A stretch of DNA of 63,142 bases, counting the filler, from Trypethelium eluteriae (Eukaryota), in assembly GCA_051942245.1 (NCBI GenBank). It is 2 parts of 2 records of this genome, joined end to end, with 100 filler letters (N's around TTAATTAATTAA, not from the genome) between each part and the next. Parts side by side here need not be neighbours in the genome. Positions count along the whole stretch, not along the records: positions 1 to 31,576 come from JAVECL010000272.1; 1 more part is not named here. The stretch is one strand, 5' to 3'. The notes beneath the pieces are model-generated. The model ran no database searches. It saw only the letters and a program-made list of their open reading frames with translations, and had not been told where the DNA came from. Below are positions 1 to 13,100 of the stretch, one piece after another; the first letter of the stretch is position 1, and every line of letters starts with the position of its first letter. The position numbers were made by a program, and so were the translations under genes.

Positions 1-329
1 ATAACTCAGTGTTCCGGTAAATCGGCGACCAATTTCGGCCTAATTGGCCGCTGCTTTACGTCCCTCCGCAGGTCGAATCCAGCTGCGGGGTAATAGGGGC
101 CTCGTTTCACTTTCTACCTAATTGCGGCGCAGGGACGCTAAATTAGCTGCAGAAATTAGAAATAGAACAGAACAGAACAGAATCGACCTTGATTGAGATG
201 AGAGAGTGATGAGATGAAAGCTTCGGTCCCACTCCTCCCACTCCTCCTCCTCCTCCCACTCCGCTGCCCTCCCTGCTCCCATCTCTGCTACCATCTTTGC
301 TCCCATCTCTGCTCCTACTTTATTATCTC

Positions 330-2603
330 ATGATGAGCAAGGAGAAGGCCCCTAACTCTCCTCAATTTTATCAACAATTGTGTGTAAATTTAACCCACCA
401 TGGGAGACAGCAGAGACCAATCGCTGATTTAACTCAGAATAGATATAAAAAGATGTTTTAAATATGGACCCAGTAAAAAGTTGATTTATTATTAAATAAG
501 AGTATAACTAAGTGTTGGAAGGTTCCAGAATTACTTTAGAAATTATAAATCCCCTTTAGATGCGCTTTTAAATGCAATAGCACCAGAATTTAAGATGTTC
601 TTTTAATAGTTCTTTAATATATAAAATATTTAAAAATTAAGTGCCTTAGTATTAAATTGGAAGAATCTTTGAGGATACTACCTCCACTAATTCTTAAAAC
701 CTATAGACAGCGACTTAGGTGATAATATTTTAAATGCAAAACTTTATTATATTTACCCTTACTTAGTTTTAAATCTGATTAATAGAAAGATTTAATTCAT
801 TCACAATAATTTATAATCATGCTTTAATCTTGATATATCCAAGCGTCTAAAGCCTATCCTTTTTATGGACAACTTAATTAATATCCTCCTTTATTACTGG
901 AAATTTAGTGTATCAACATTTTGTGATGAGTGTTAGCGAGTTTAGGTTGCTTTATTCCTTTTAATTGCTGCCTATACTGGCAGTCAGCCTTTAACAATAC
1001 TTAATACTTCTGTAATAGAGCAGACTAATAGCCTACTAAAGACAAAGGTAATCTGTTATAGACATATTTAGTTATACCTTATAAAGGGTGAAATACTAAT
1101 AGAATAAGCAAAGGTGGTGGTACTTCTCATGCTACCATATAATAAGGGAGATAATTGGAAGCCTCAATTATAAGTTTTAATATTATATAATAAGGATATT
1201 GCTTACTTAATATTAGGAAAACCTTCCTCTTTTATGAGAATCTGAATCTGCTGCTATGTCCTATTGCGCTTATCCTGTTACTTGTGTTTAATAATAATGC
1301 CTTTAAGGCCAGTAGAGCAAATACGCGAAAAATACTTAATGCCCAGGTTCCCCAACATAAGCAAAGCATATAGTTATACTGGAAATAGAGCATTAAAAAT
1401 ATCCTAATTATGCGAGAGTTATACATAACTGAGGGTGGAAGGTGTACTTTATTATTATTACCTTTAAGTAGCTTAATAATCAGTCGCTACCTCCACTGGT
1501 TGGGTTAAGAATGCGGTTTTTAAAACAACTTAACTTATTATTATTTTCAAAGAGGAATTAGAAATGCAGTTAACAGTAGGTGCATATTCTTAGTATAAGA
1601 GTGCCTCTAATTCTATATCTTAGGTGTTGCAACTGCTGCAGAACAAGATCAGATTATGGGCTATTCAGATTCTACAATCTTCCAATTCTACCTTACCTAA
1701 AAGGTTAAGTGTGATGTCCAAGCAGCTTTCCTTAACAAGCCCAAAAACTTAATAATATTAAAGACTATAAGAGTAATAAGGTTTATAGCAGATTTTTATG
1801 CTTTTACAGCACTGACTTAGGAATAATAAAATACTATTATTAATAGCCTGATTATATTATCCATAACCCGAGAGGTGGAGGCTTTAATGCAGGCCAAAAA
1901 GAAGTACCAAAGCTTGTATGAGGGTAAAGTAAGATTGGACCAGCTTACTGTACAACACCAGGAAGCAATATACAGGCTAAAAGCTCAAAAAGTCTAAAAA
2001 AAACGTGATATGCTCTAAAATCTCCAGGCTGAGCACTTTAAAACCAGTGACACGCGGGAGCTTAAGCGGCAGTTTGCAGGCATCCAAGCTTAAAAATCTA
2101 ATTCTGAATAAACTAACAAACCTATTTATAATATCCCAAAACGCTATTATATAATTGCTGTTCTATATGTAATAACTAAAAATATACAAATAGCTCTACT
2201 TAATAAGTTTTGGTATTGTGTGGATTTTATTAATAATTTTATATTACTATGTAAATATTAAGACCTATGTAATTATGGGTATTATCCAGAGATAGGCCTT
2301 TGGCGACTGCTAGGATTGCGTATTGGACCTTTCTTTCCTCTTAAGACCAATCAGCAATAATGTCTCTTCTGTCTGGGTGATAAAAAGCTTATACTTAAGA
2401 AACATGGGTTTCTCTGGTCCACCCCCTATAAGATGTAGGATTATATTAAGAGCAAATATCTTTATTATATAGCGCCTAATAAGGGCTTTACATGCCCCCA
2501 TTCTTAATATCTTAAAAATGGCATTAGTGTTGCGGATATTGCCTATTTTAAAAATTATGCAGCTTAGATTTATAATGTCTTACTTTATGCTAGACGCAAC
2601 TAA
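330..2603 (+). pseudogene. Starship captain tyrosine recombinase (DUF3435 family), RIP-disrupted
   Basis: Manual translation gives DEC*RV*VALFLLIAAYTGSQP (~925-990, consensus ERxRVQ..L..AYTG.RP), LLLCPIALILLLVFNNNAF (~1248-1303), YYFQRGIRNAVN (~1540-1575) and DQIMGYSDSTIFQFYL..KVKCDVQAAFL (~1647-1733). The C-terminus reads FTCPHS..IAYFKNYAA*IYNV (the CPHP..HFKNH..H zinc-like tail). Several introns and many in-frame stops. Confidence 0.88.
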
Positions 2604-2779
2604 GGCAGCGGACTTAAGCATAATTATATATTAAATTATCCGCCTGTTTAGAGTATAATGTGCATATGTGTATCCTCCACCCCCGTATTTAATTCCTTTG
2701 CTCTTTCTTATATAAAATTTCTAGACAATACTTTACAATTAAGTATGCTCTAATTAGTCTGCCTTTATTTAACCTTTTG

Positions 2780-4500
2780 CAGCACCTTAATATCAAAGTT
2801 TAGTAGGAAATACTGTTCTGATTTGCACTTTTTCAGCTCTCAATTAATACCTCTTAGCAAATAAACCTCTTTACACATCTCACAACTAAGTCCCAGCTCT
2901 AAATTAATGTCTCTTCAACCCTTTAATAGTTACGCCCCAGATCTTAATTAGTATTACTTACTGCTTAAGCTGTCTTGATATAATTAAAGGAGCAGTGGCC
3001 AAGGGCAAAATTGAAAAGGCGCCGCCGGCTTATCATTCTAAGTACTACTTTACCTAACAATTTCTAAAGATATCCCTATGTCTTAAAGACTACAGAACTT
3101 GGCTTAGCTTAAGTGCTATTTATTAATCCATAAAGCAAAATCCACATATCGCCCTATTTAATGGAAGGTTTACTAAAGAACCTTATAAGAGCCGCTATAA
3201 GATGTGGCCAACTGTATTTATAATCTAATTTAGAAGTAGCCAGAGGTGTGGTAATACTAACAGTATTTATTAGTTTTAGAATTGTGTTAATATGCTCTAA
3301 TATAGTGTTAAAAATCTAAGCCAGTATTACTTATATTGTTAATACATATTCTTTTAACCAAAAAATATTTTACTTACTTTCTGGCCCTCCTAATATATAA
3401 TAGCTCCGCACTCCTTATCTTCCTTAAAATTAAATATTATTGTGTGAAAGAATGTCTTAACTGGGAACTTATTTTAGAAGAATAGTGTAAATTTAACCCT
3501 ATAAGTAATAAAGACTTTATTTTGGGCTGCTGCTTTTGCTATTAGCATGCAATGCTGCTGAAGTTCCTTATAATTGGATAAGGCGGCAAGCTTTAGGTTG
3601 TGTTTATTTTTTCTCTGCTTTATTATTTATATTCCAGATATAGGCTTAGAATTATGAGCTACTTCCATCCTATTATTGGCTACTGTATTGCTGGTGGTGA
3701 TGTTATTATTATCCACTGCTTTATCACCTTTATTCACCATCTTCCTGTGTTGACCAGGCTCATAGCTGATTTCAGAATTACTGTCCGGTCCTATGGTATG
3801 GGATGAAAGCATGGCCTTTTCCTTATGGTTGTTATGGATTATCCAATGGTGGGGGGCCTTTTTACTAATTAACATTCCGGTGACTTATTTACCATCCGAT
3901 CCTTTTAATAAAGGAGAAGATATTTTAGACTTAAAATTAGTATCTAAGGCATTTTAGTTACTGATATATGATTTTTTTGAGCTAACTTACTAATTAAAGG
4001 TAGAGATCTTAAGATAAAGGGATCTTACCCTGGATTAATTATGGAGACTTAAATCTAGAAATTTTTAAAGCAATTAATCTAAAGAGAGAAAGCCATAACA
4101 TGGGAAAATTAACACCTTTTATAACTTTCTTAGCTTCTCATCCTAAGCAGCATAAAATAGGCTGCAACCACACATATCCTATTTTTTTATTAGCGCATAT
4201 AAAAGATTATTAATCCTTAAGCATAACCAGGGAAAGTAATAAGTAGCGCAGACATGTTCAGCTCTTAAAGAAAAAGCAGGGCTCTTTAGAGTTATCCAAG
4301 TTCCTAATCAGCGGTCTATAATATAATACATAAATAGGCAGAGCTGGGTGTATTTAATGCCGGTTTATTAAGCAAAAAGACTTATAGCTAACCTAAGATT
4401 ATAGTAACCAAAGTTGATATGTCCAACTGCTCCTCTGATGTTGTTTAGAACAACTAAATTAGAGAAAAGAACTTGATTAAACCCATCTAGGCGGCCTGGG
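2780..4500 (-). pseudogene. RIP-degraded cargo gene of unknown function
   Basis: Protein-like minus-strand stretches broken only by TAA/TAG (e.g. FF*NKFPVKTFFHTIIFNFKEDKECGA; ORF 3627-3875). No family recognised. Confidence 0.35.
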
Positions 4501-5299
4501 CCGCAGGCTATTCTATAGATCTCCCTCAGAAGGTAAGGACGAAGGTGAATTAGCTAATTAGAACAGGGCAAAATAATCTACATGAAGGATCCACGCATAA
4601 ATCTACACGTGAGGTGTAATGGACACCACCTCAGAGGCTAGGTTGATTGGATTAACATCATTAATAACATCATCCTCACACCAAAGGATCTCGCCAAAAG
4701 AAGTTAATAAAGCCTCTTCTTTAATAGTCCTTTAATTGGAAAGTATTACTGCGACTAACCCATAATGCGTGCCACAAAACGCGGTACTAATTTACCCTAT
4801 TTTTGCGCCAGCCAGCCCCAATACTTTTTACCAGCTACTTAATGTTATCCCATAGCACCCATATAACCTTTTTAATTAAAATAATCCTTAATTCTGGTAT
4901 AAGGTTATTATTCCAAAATATATAAAGCTTTTTAGCTTTAGGCTTATTATGCTTAAGAATCTCTTAAACGCCCTATAATAAATTAATTAAGAGGTTATAA
5001 TAGGCTCTATAATTAATTTTTAAATTATTATTGCAGCGGGCACAAAGTATGGATTGTGCTACAAAGATTAAAAAAGAGGAGTTAAGGTTGCTATATTAAC
5101 TTACATTAGGAATTACTCTTAATATTCTTTAGGTCGCCAAATAACGTAAATTTTTAGACATTACTATTAGGATACCCAATATTAATAAGTTAAGGACGCA
5201 GATTAACATCCAAATTCACACATTTGGTAACTGAACTAACAGCCATAGTAAGCCGAGCTTAATAGGTGCTCTTTAAGGACATAGACAGGACCAAAAAAA

Positions 5300-7150
5300 G
5301 ATGAGGGAACTGTCCGGGCAAGTAAGGGCACTTAATACTTACTTATACAAATACCACATTATAGTAAGCTAAGGGAGAGCTAATAGCATGTTTTAGAGCG
5401 CAGCCAGTGGAGATAGCCTTATTGGTGTTTGGCTAATGCCTTAAAGATTATGCATAAGATGTATTATACATAAGGCGCAACTTGCTTTTCCTAGGGAGTT
5501 AATTTAGTTAGGGACTTACTCTCCATAGGGTGTTACTTTATTTAGGGATTAGCTCTTCTTAGGGACTTACTTCTCTTAAGGAGTTACTTCCCTTAAGGAG
5601 TTGTTCTTACTGGGGGATTACTTTTTTTAGGGGATTAATTTCCTTAAGGAGTCACCTTTTTTAAGGAGTTGATTTCCTTAGAGAGTTGCTCTCCTTAGGG
5701 ACTTGCTTTCCATAAGAACTTATTTTCCTTAGGGATTTATTCTCCTTAGGGACTTACTTTCCCCAGGGACTTATCCTCCTTAGGAACTTACTTTCCTTAG
5801 GGACTTGTTCTCCCTAAGGACTTATTCTCCCTAAAGACATACTTTATTTAAGGGCTAGAATCCCCTACAGGACTTACTTTCTTAGGGACTTGCTATTTAT
5901 AGGGATTCTTTAGCCTTAGGGATGTTTTTACCCTAAGGAACTACCCTGATCTATCAGTATTATATATAGAAATTGGCTAGCACGGACCCCTATCAGAACT
6001 AAATATATAACTGGCGAAGATCCGTCTTGGGTTGGTCCCTCTTATCTTCCTTTTTTTTATATAATATTTATTATTAATAAAGACTTCTATATCTGCAATT
6101 ATTATTACTACTTACTTAAAACCTGTGATACATTTATTATTAATAATTGCCCTGGCTATTGTCTAAGCAATAAAACCCCAGTATATTACTGTTTATATAT
6201 TATTATCTTTATAAACCCAATAAGAAGTATCTACAGACTTTAAGCTGGCTGCATTATTTATTAGGACTTTTTTAAGTAATATGTATTAACAACTTATGGT
6301 TTGTTAACACTTCTCACACTAATTTTTTGCTCTTACTAATAATTTTAGGATATATCTTTTGCAAGGAGGATTAATCTCTATAAAGAAGAGAGAATCCGCA
6401 AAATTATAACTGCCCTAAATACTGTATAAAGCTTGGATCCTATTAGGGCTGTTTTAAAATTTGTGCTTACCTAATTTAAAAGGAGAGCCTCCAAAAGTCC
6501 TTTAAAGCCCCTCCGGATATACTAAGTCCTTTTAGCACACCCGCATTGCAGCATAAGAGCTATCAGAGTAGAAAAAAGGAACTAATTATTTAAAGTTACT
6601 TATTAATTTAAAAATAGAATCTTTTTTTAGGACTTAGGCCCCAGTCTATAATTAAGACAACCCTATTATGTCTAAATATATAAGCAGCGGCAGTCCTTCT
6701 TAAGTTAACCCTCCCACTTTTATTTTTCCCTCTTTTTGCACATTATATCAGCTATTTATAAAGACTACTATTATATCTATAATTCTTATCACCGCTTACT
6801 TAATAACTATCCTACTTTTGCGATTATTAAGAAAATGTTTAAACATAAACCAAGAGAACTCCTAGTATACTGTTGCTTATGTTCTTTTAAATCCAAGGGC
6901 CTATTGCTACGTATTTACGGCCTCAAAGATGGCTGTAGAATCTGCAGTGGTTATTCCAAGTGTTATAGAGTAACTATTTGTGGTTTATCCAATACTTCTT
7001 ACACAGTTATATTATTCTTAATAATATATTTAGGTTATATTGTCTGCAAGAAGGATTAGCGGGAATGGAGATGTTTAGGCAATAGCAAACGCTTAAGCTG
7101 CTTTGCGTGCTGTGGATGTTTTTATTTTCTCTTTAGCTACTTCACAATTT
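5300..7150 (-). pseudogene. RIP-degraded cargo gene with Cys/His-rich N-terminus and hexapeptide repeat tract
   Basis: The minus strand reads SVCYCLNISIPANPSCR..LCKKYWINHK*LLYNTWNNHCRFYSHL near 7100-6930, then SVDTSYWVYKD.. near 6240. The 18-bp array lies downstream on the same strand; whether all of this is one gene is inferred. Confidence 0.4.
5478..5940 (-). repeat. 18-bp tandem minisatellite (~25 degenerate units), probably coding [GE]KQVP[KE]-like hexapeptides
   Basis: Units such as tccttagggacttacttt / tccttagggacttgttct recur with an 18-nt period. The reverse complement gives aag caa gtc cct aag ga(a/g). Confidence 0.85.
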
Positions 7151-7299
7151 GTGCTCCCCTAATTCAATAGGAGAATGTGAAGAAGTTTGCCTATACCTCT
7201 CCAGCCATATTAACTTATTTATGGATGCCTTATCCTAATACACAAACTATAAGAAAAGCTAAAGTAAGATAATTAATAGGCGTTATCAGTTAATTTAAG

Positions 7300-8135
7300 A
7301 AATGCTATTCTTTTTATCTTATGTCTCATCTAGGTAATTACTTAGTAACTTTAATGTTAATACATATTATATATATCTCGGGTTTTTATACTCCATATTT
7401 ATAGCTTAGCCAATCCCAGACCTAATAAAGCGAATATATGCCTGGGCAGGCACTTTTTAGAATCTTAATAATATTTCCACACCACAGATTTATGCCTTTA
7501 TATGCGTTATGTTGCGGCTATAAAAGATGTTGTTATGGGTAAGATTCTGGATTATTATTAACTTAATAACATATTCTATTATTAAATGGTAATTTAGTAA
7601 GCAGACTTCCCTTTTAATCGCCCCCCTTACTATCTTGAGTCCAGATATTATGAATAGCTTTTAGGGTATCTATGGGATGAGAGTATCTAATCCAGTAAAC
7701 AGACACATTACCTAATAAAGGCTTACTTAAAGGTATATTAGGTAATGTAATGTGACCATTCTCTTAGTAGCGCAGCAGTATTATGCTTCCAGCAGTAATA
7801 TTTAGAATGGGACTGCCAGCAGTCTTATTAAATCTCTCTTGCAAGGGCATACACATAAGGTCAGTGTCCTAGATCTCCCCATTTGGACAACTATTCAGGG
7901 GTAATAAATAGGTTATAATAGCATTATATTATGTTAAGAATGCATATAAATTTTGCGGCACTATATATCTTATCAGTTATATTTAAAATATTTAGACTAT
8001 CCTAAAGATACTATTACCATAAGGATAATCAGGATTACTAATTATTCAACCTATATATATTTAAGTAACTTATTTAACCCAGGAATGCGTAGCAATATAT
8101 ACAATAAGCAAACTTTTGATTAAGAGATGCTTTAT
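7300..8135 (-). pseudogene. Secreted fungal protein with HSWVE...GYP.G...LRYQENGHxTLP motifs (recalled as DUF7492-like), RIP-disrupted
   Basis: The minus strand shows a hydrophobic leader, then ATHSWVK*V (~8090), NPDYPYGN, CPNGEI*DTDLMCMPLQ, TAGSPILNITAGSIILLRY*ENGHITLP (7741-7830) and P.DTLKAIHNIWTQD..GG. Confidence 0.7.
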
Positions 8136-8545
8136 TATAATGTATAGAAGAGCTATTCTGTGGAGGAGAGGAGAATGTAGATATTCTAGCTACTGCAATG
8201 TAATTTAACCTGCAGTAAATATACTCATAAAAGTCCCGTCTAAAGGGCTACATATAGACGCTGGCGCTAGTCCAAATTCCGAAATAGACTAAAGACAATC
8301 TAAGTATAGCTCATAGCTTTATATTAAGTTAGTACAATCTTAGAATAGGTTGGTTTTGGTTAAAATTAAACTACTTAGGAATCCCTGCTAATTATACAGC
8401 TAGAATATAAACAGATTATTAAGTTAAGCACTAAATTATTAATATATTTTACTGCTATTATGGGTTTTATTTCTTTTAATATATTACTAAAACCACTTAA
8501 TACTTATTTAAATTTATTATAAATTATTTTCATAATTATTTAGCT

Positions 8546-8940
8546 ATGGAATACCAGCTTAATCTTAAGAAGCTTCTTAAAGAACTGCGGGAAAAGACAC
8601 AAAGCTAAAGCGCGATAATTAATTTAAAAAGACTAACAAAATAACGCAGTAAAGCTATCCATGCCTTATGTTAAAGAAGGCGGAACACTCTCTTTAGGAA
8701 GGCTAATAAGCTAGCCTATTTATCCAACACACATATCTATATTTTAATACAGTAAGAGGGGAAATATTTTACATACTTATTTATAAATTAAAACACATAG
8801 CCGCTGACTATTAAGCAAGTAATAAGAGCCCCCAAGGAGCGCAATACTTGCAAAGATTTATATAAAATAAGAGAAATCTTATCTTTAGCCAACTAAATAT
8901 ACAGCAACTAATTTTCTGGAACAAAAAAATACACCATTAA
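8546..8940 (+). pseudogene. Small MADS-box (SRF-type)-like protein, RIP-disrupted
   Basis: From ATG 8546 the frame reads RRRNTLFRKANKLAYLSNTHIYILIQ*EGKYFTYLFIN*NT*PL. This matches the MADS-like pattern RR.TLF+KA.EL.......++I...G..YTY......WPP. Confidence 0.65.
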
Positions 8941-9199
8941 TTAGTGCAGAGGATAAGGTAAAGCACCTATTAGAGATTATGGGTAAAAAACACTCAGAAT
9001 AGCTACACAGAATAAAGAAACAGGCAACAAAAAAGCAAGTATTAGATGGAGGAAGTTCTCCAAAGAAGTAACATTAGTATGGATAAATAAAACTGGGACT
9101 GATAAATAGCGCGAGGTCTGCTTTAAAAGGTCCCTCATCTGCAAGTAACATAAAGATAGATTATATCTCTACTCTTAAATTAAACTAAATAACTAGTTT

Positions 9200-10145
9200 A
9201 TTGCCCTTGCAGTGCTTAGGTATTATTATTATGTATAAAGTCCAAGAAAGACAAGCATACATTTAAAGTACCTAAAGTAGTGTCTCAGCTCTGCCAACTT
9301 TACGCAGGTATTTTCTTATTTTGTTAAGTAATTTTTCCACATATTCCAGATATTCCTGCTTTTTTATATAATCAAGATCTCTCCGCGTATCCTTATTATC
9401 CAAGTATCTCAGCCCTCCTTAAAATAAACAACATCTTTATCTCTGCTTTTCCACATGCTGTCCCTGCTTTCTGGGCCGACTCTAGTCTTTGCTCTTATAT
9501 AAAGGGGATAGCTCCTATATAACCAGATGGGTCAGTTTTATTTACTTCCAGCTGCTTCTTTTAGACCGTTCTTGCTAAGCATTAGAAGGATTCAGGTGTT
9601 TAAGTAAGGGCTAAATAATTATATTATCTGCTTTCTGTTATTCAGCTTAATGCCATAATAAAGGTAGAGTATAAGTGCTTACACAGAGTTTAAGGGCTTT
9701 TATTCTTTGCTCACGCACTCAAATTTGTAGTTAAAGTTGCATTAATCTTAGCTAATAATGTATTCGGGTTTAATAGTAATATTAGCAGTTTACTTATACC
9801 TAATCTTGCAGACATTAATCCACTATGGTGCTTGGCACCGGCTGCTTTAGCACTGAAAATAAAAATGGCTAATCCTTTGCTGCTTCCAGGCACCAAAATA
9901 TCACCGTCTAACCCGTCTCTGCAATGCTTATTAACTGCTGAAATAAAAGCTTAAGCTATGGCATTCAAGTTTGCCTAGCGTAAATCCTTATTACCACCTT
10001 CTGCGCGTGATAAGTTAGATGTCGGCTCCCCTTGCATTCTTACCATAATTATAGGGATTTTACTATGTTTGGAGGCATAGCTCAAGGAGTAGTGCTGTGG
10101 GAACTTATTGGAAGGTCTGATAGCCGATGTAGAGTGATTGGCCAT
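9200..10145 (-). pseudogene. RIP-degraded cargo gene of unknown function starting immediately after the truncated WD40 array
   Basis: caATGg at 10145 opens MANHSTSAIRPSNKFPQHYSLSYASKH.., continuing in frame (through RIP stops) into ORF 9711-9896. A charged helical tail (RRDLDYIKKQEYLEYVEKLL) lies at ~9390-9300. Confidence 0.4.
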
Positions 10146-10149
10146 TGTA

Positions 10150-13100
10150 TTAGCTTGAAGCAGACGCTAGCTGCTTACTATCCGGCGAGAAGGTGACTGA
10201 CTAGACCCAGTCCTCATGGCCCTTAAATGTATGTAACACCGCTCCTAACTCGGCATCCTAGAGCCGGACAGTCTGATCGCCTAAAGCAGACGCCAGCCGC
10301 TTACCATCCGGCGAGAAGGTGACTAACTGGATTAAGTCCTTATGGCCCTTGAATGTATGTAACGCCGCTCCTGACTTGGCATCCCAGAGCTGGATAGTCT
10401 GATCGCCTAAAGCAGACGCCAGCCGCTTACCGTCCGGCGAGAAGGTGACTGACTGGATTAAGTCCTTATGGCCCTTAAATGTATGTAACACCGCTCCTAA
10501 CTCAGCATCCTAAAGCCGGACAGTCTGATCGCTTAAAGCAGACGCTAACTGCTTACCATCCGGCGAGAAGGTGACTAACCGGACTGAGCCCTTATGGCCC
10601 TTAAGCATCTATAAGCACGCACTCTATTCATCTCCTACGGTTGGCTTTATCTTAATTTATAGCTCTTTATCCTGAAAAAAATTTCTAATTAGACTATGGG
10701 CTGGATTAAACATAAGTGCAGATGTATATGCCTAAAGAGGACTTATCTTTATTACCAGTCTATAATATATAATAAATTAGTGCATATCTTAAACTACCTT
10801 ATTTAAATGGTTTATATCTAATTATCTTTAATTAGGTTAGCATAAATTATGCTTAAATAATATTATGTTAGTGCAAAGCTTACTTAGATTAAAGTTTTAA
10901 GTAATGCTATTTGGAACACACCCTTTAACATACTTTTGCAGAGGCTAAGAGCCTTAAGCCAATAAAAAAACTTCTTTCTTAAGAATAAATTAATAATACC
11001 TTTATTTTGTAGATTATTTATGTAACTAATTACGGAGTCTAAGTACTATTTAAAAAGGTAATTAACCTAATAAATATATAAGTAGTGTAAGGTTGTTAGT
11101 GGATCCGGATTTAGCTACTGAATATTATTAATAATAATTCCTGGTTTTTATAATCTATAAATATCGCAGCATAGCGTCTTGGATATTACCTTAAGAGAGC
11201 GTGTAATAATTGCAAAGTATGTGCCTGCTATATTAGAAGCAAAGACCTTACTATGTGCCTTTTTTAGTAAGTAATCCTTTGCGGACTAATGCACAAAGTA
11301 TATTATGCCTTCTTATATATTAAGGAATAAACCATAACAGCTAATAATACCGTATAAAAATGCTGGAGTAGAAAACTTAAAACCTTTAACAAGAGATGAT
11401 AATTCTTTGAGTATAATGGGTTGGTATATAATAGTAATTAAAGCTAAAATATGCTTATAAAAATTAGCAACTTCCTTATCTTGTTCGCATATCTGCCTTA
11501 GCATTTATTAATAAAGCTTATTAAGTCCAGGTGGAAATTGCTTCAGCCTATTAAGAATTATAAAGGAAGGGAGATCCGGGTTAAGTTCCTTAAGATTTTT
11601 GCAGGCTAAAGCCACCCAAAGAAAGGTATTATCTAAGTTAATAAAGAAATAATTAAGTATGTAATTTTGTATCTCCCTATTGTACCCCTTATTCTTTGCT
11701 AGACACAATACTTTAAGCTCACAATATTTTTTAACAGCCCTAGCAATAGAATCTGTGTTTAGCTTAAGAGATAGCCTTTTTAAGTCTGGGGCTTTTTTTA
11801 GCTTATTTTTAATTTTAGGCTGATTATAACTAAAAACAATCCACTTAATGCGGGAAGATAGTATCAAACTCTAAGCAATAAACTTTAACAGATTATTACG
11901 CTTTATTCCGCATTTATTAAGCGCATTAATAATAAAATATACATTAACTGCGCTTAGATCTTATAAAATAGGATCTTGCAAGATGTTTATAAACACCTTA
12001 TTTAATACATACCAGGCATTTGCACCCTTAAAAGCCCTTTTACCTATGTTATTATACTTTCTCTATATATACAAGATAAGTAATAAACACTGTTTAATAA
12101 GTAAGTACATCAGACCTCAAAGCACAGCTATGGTGTTATTAATTTGGGAGTTAATAGCCTGGCAGAAGAAGTAAGATAAAAAGCCAGTCTCAGCAATTAA
12201 CTTCTTTAATTTATTAATAATACCGCAGATTAGCATAGTCTTGCCTTTGCCGGAGTCACCCTTAATCCATAGCAGTCCGCCCTGCTGATAATCGCGCTAT
12301 TGTCAGAAGTCCAAGTTTTTAAGGATCCAGTGGTATACCCTTTCCATTAGGATTTTTTTAGCCCCCTTAATACATTTCTTGTTATAACAGGGATTGGTAA
12401 GGAAGAATCGCTGCTTGCATTCTTTGGCTTCTTTCCCTAACTGAATTAAAACCTGTTGCTATAAGATGCCGTGTATACTGCTAAGTTGCTTAAATTCCTG
12501 TGTCTTCGCGTAATCAAGGAGCTGGTCCAGGCCAAGTATAATGCGCTGTATATTATATTCTTGCAAATCCTATTGAATGGCTTCCTCCTTAGCTTTAATG
12601 CTTTATAAGCTATTCGCCCAGTCATCCCAATTAATTGTATTATAAAGGAATGCAGCAAAGCAGTTCCGGTGGCAGGAGCTAATGCTTTTAATAAGATATA
12701 AGAGCAACGCCTTATAAAGGTTGATAACTTAATACTCTAGTTTGCATCAAACATTAGCAGTGTCCCTATTATCAAAAGTATTAACTTTGAGCAAAAGAGA
12801 TAAAAGTTTATCATATTACTTCATCCTTAAAGTAATATGTAAAATACCATCACAATTAGCCTTTATCTTGGTGGTAGGGTTTATAAACACCTTGCAAATT
12901 AGCATAGCCCTAACAAAGGAATAGGACAGCTTACTTATAAGGCAAAGCAGACACCTGCCTAGGCTAGGGCAGCTTATGGTATTGTCCCTAAAGCAGAGCC
13001 TATTAAATCTTTTATTAAAAAAATACTATGCAAGGCAATTCCAACGGTCTGTTTAACCCTGCTTTTTTACTCAGTCTTCTTAAGACCAGCTTATACAAGT

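Noticed and set aside
49..58. 10-bp direct repeat cgctgcttta at 49-58 and 31392-31401 as the Starship target-site repeat
   Set aside because: It is short enough to be chance, and there is no empty-site comparison or host-like flank to support it.
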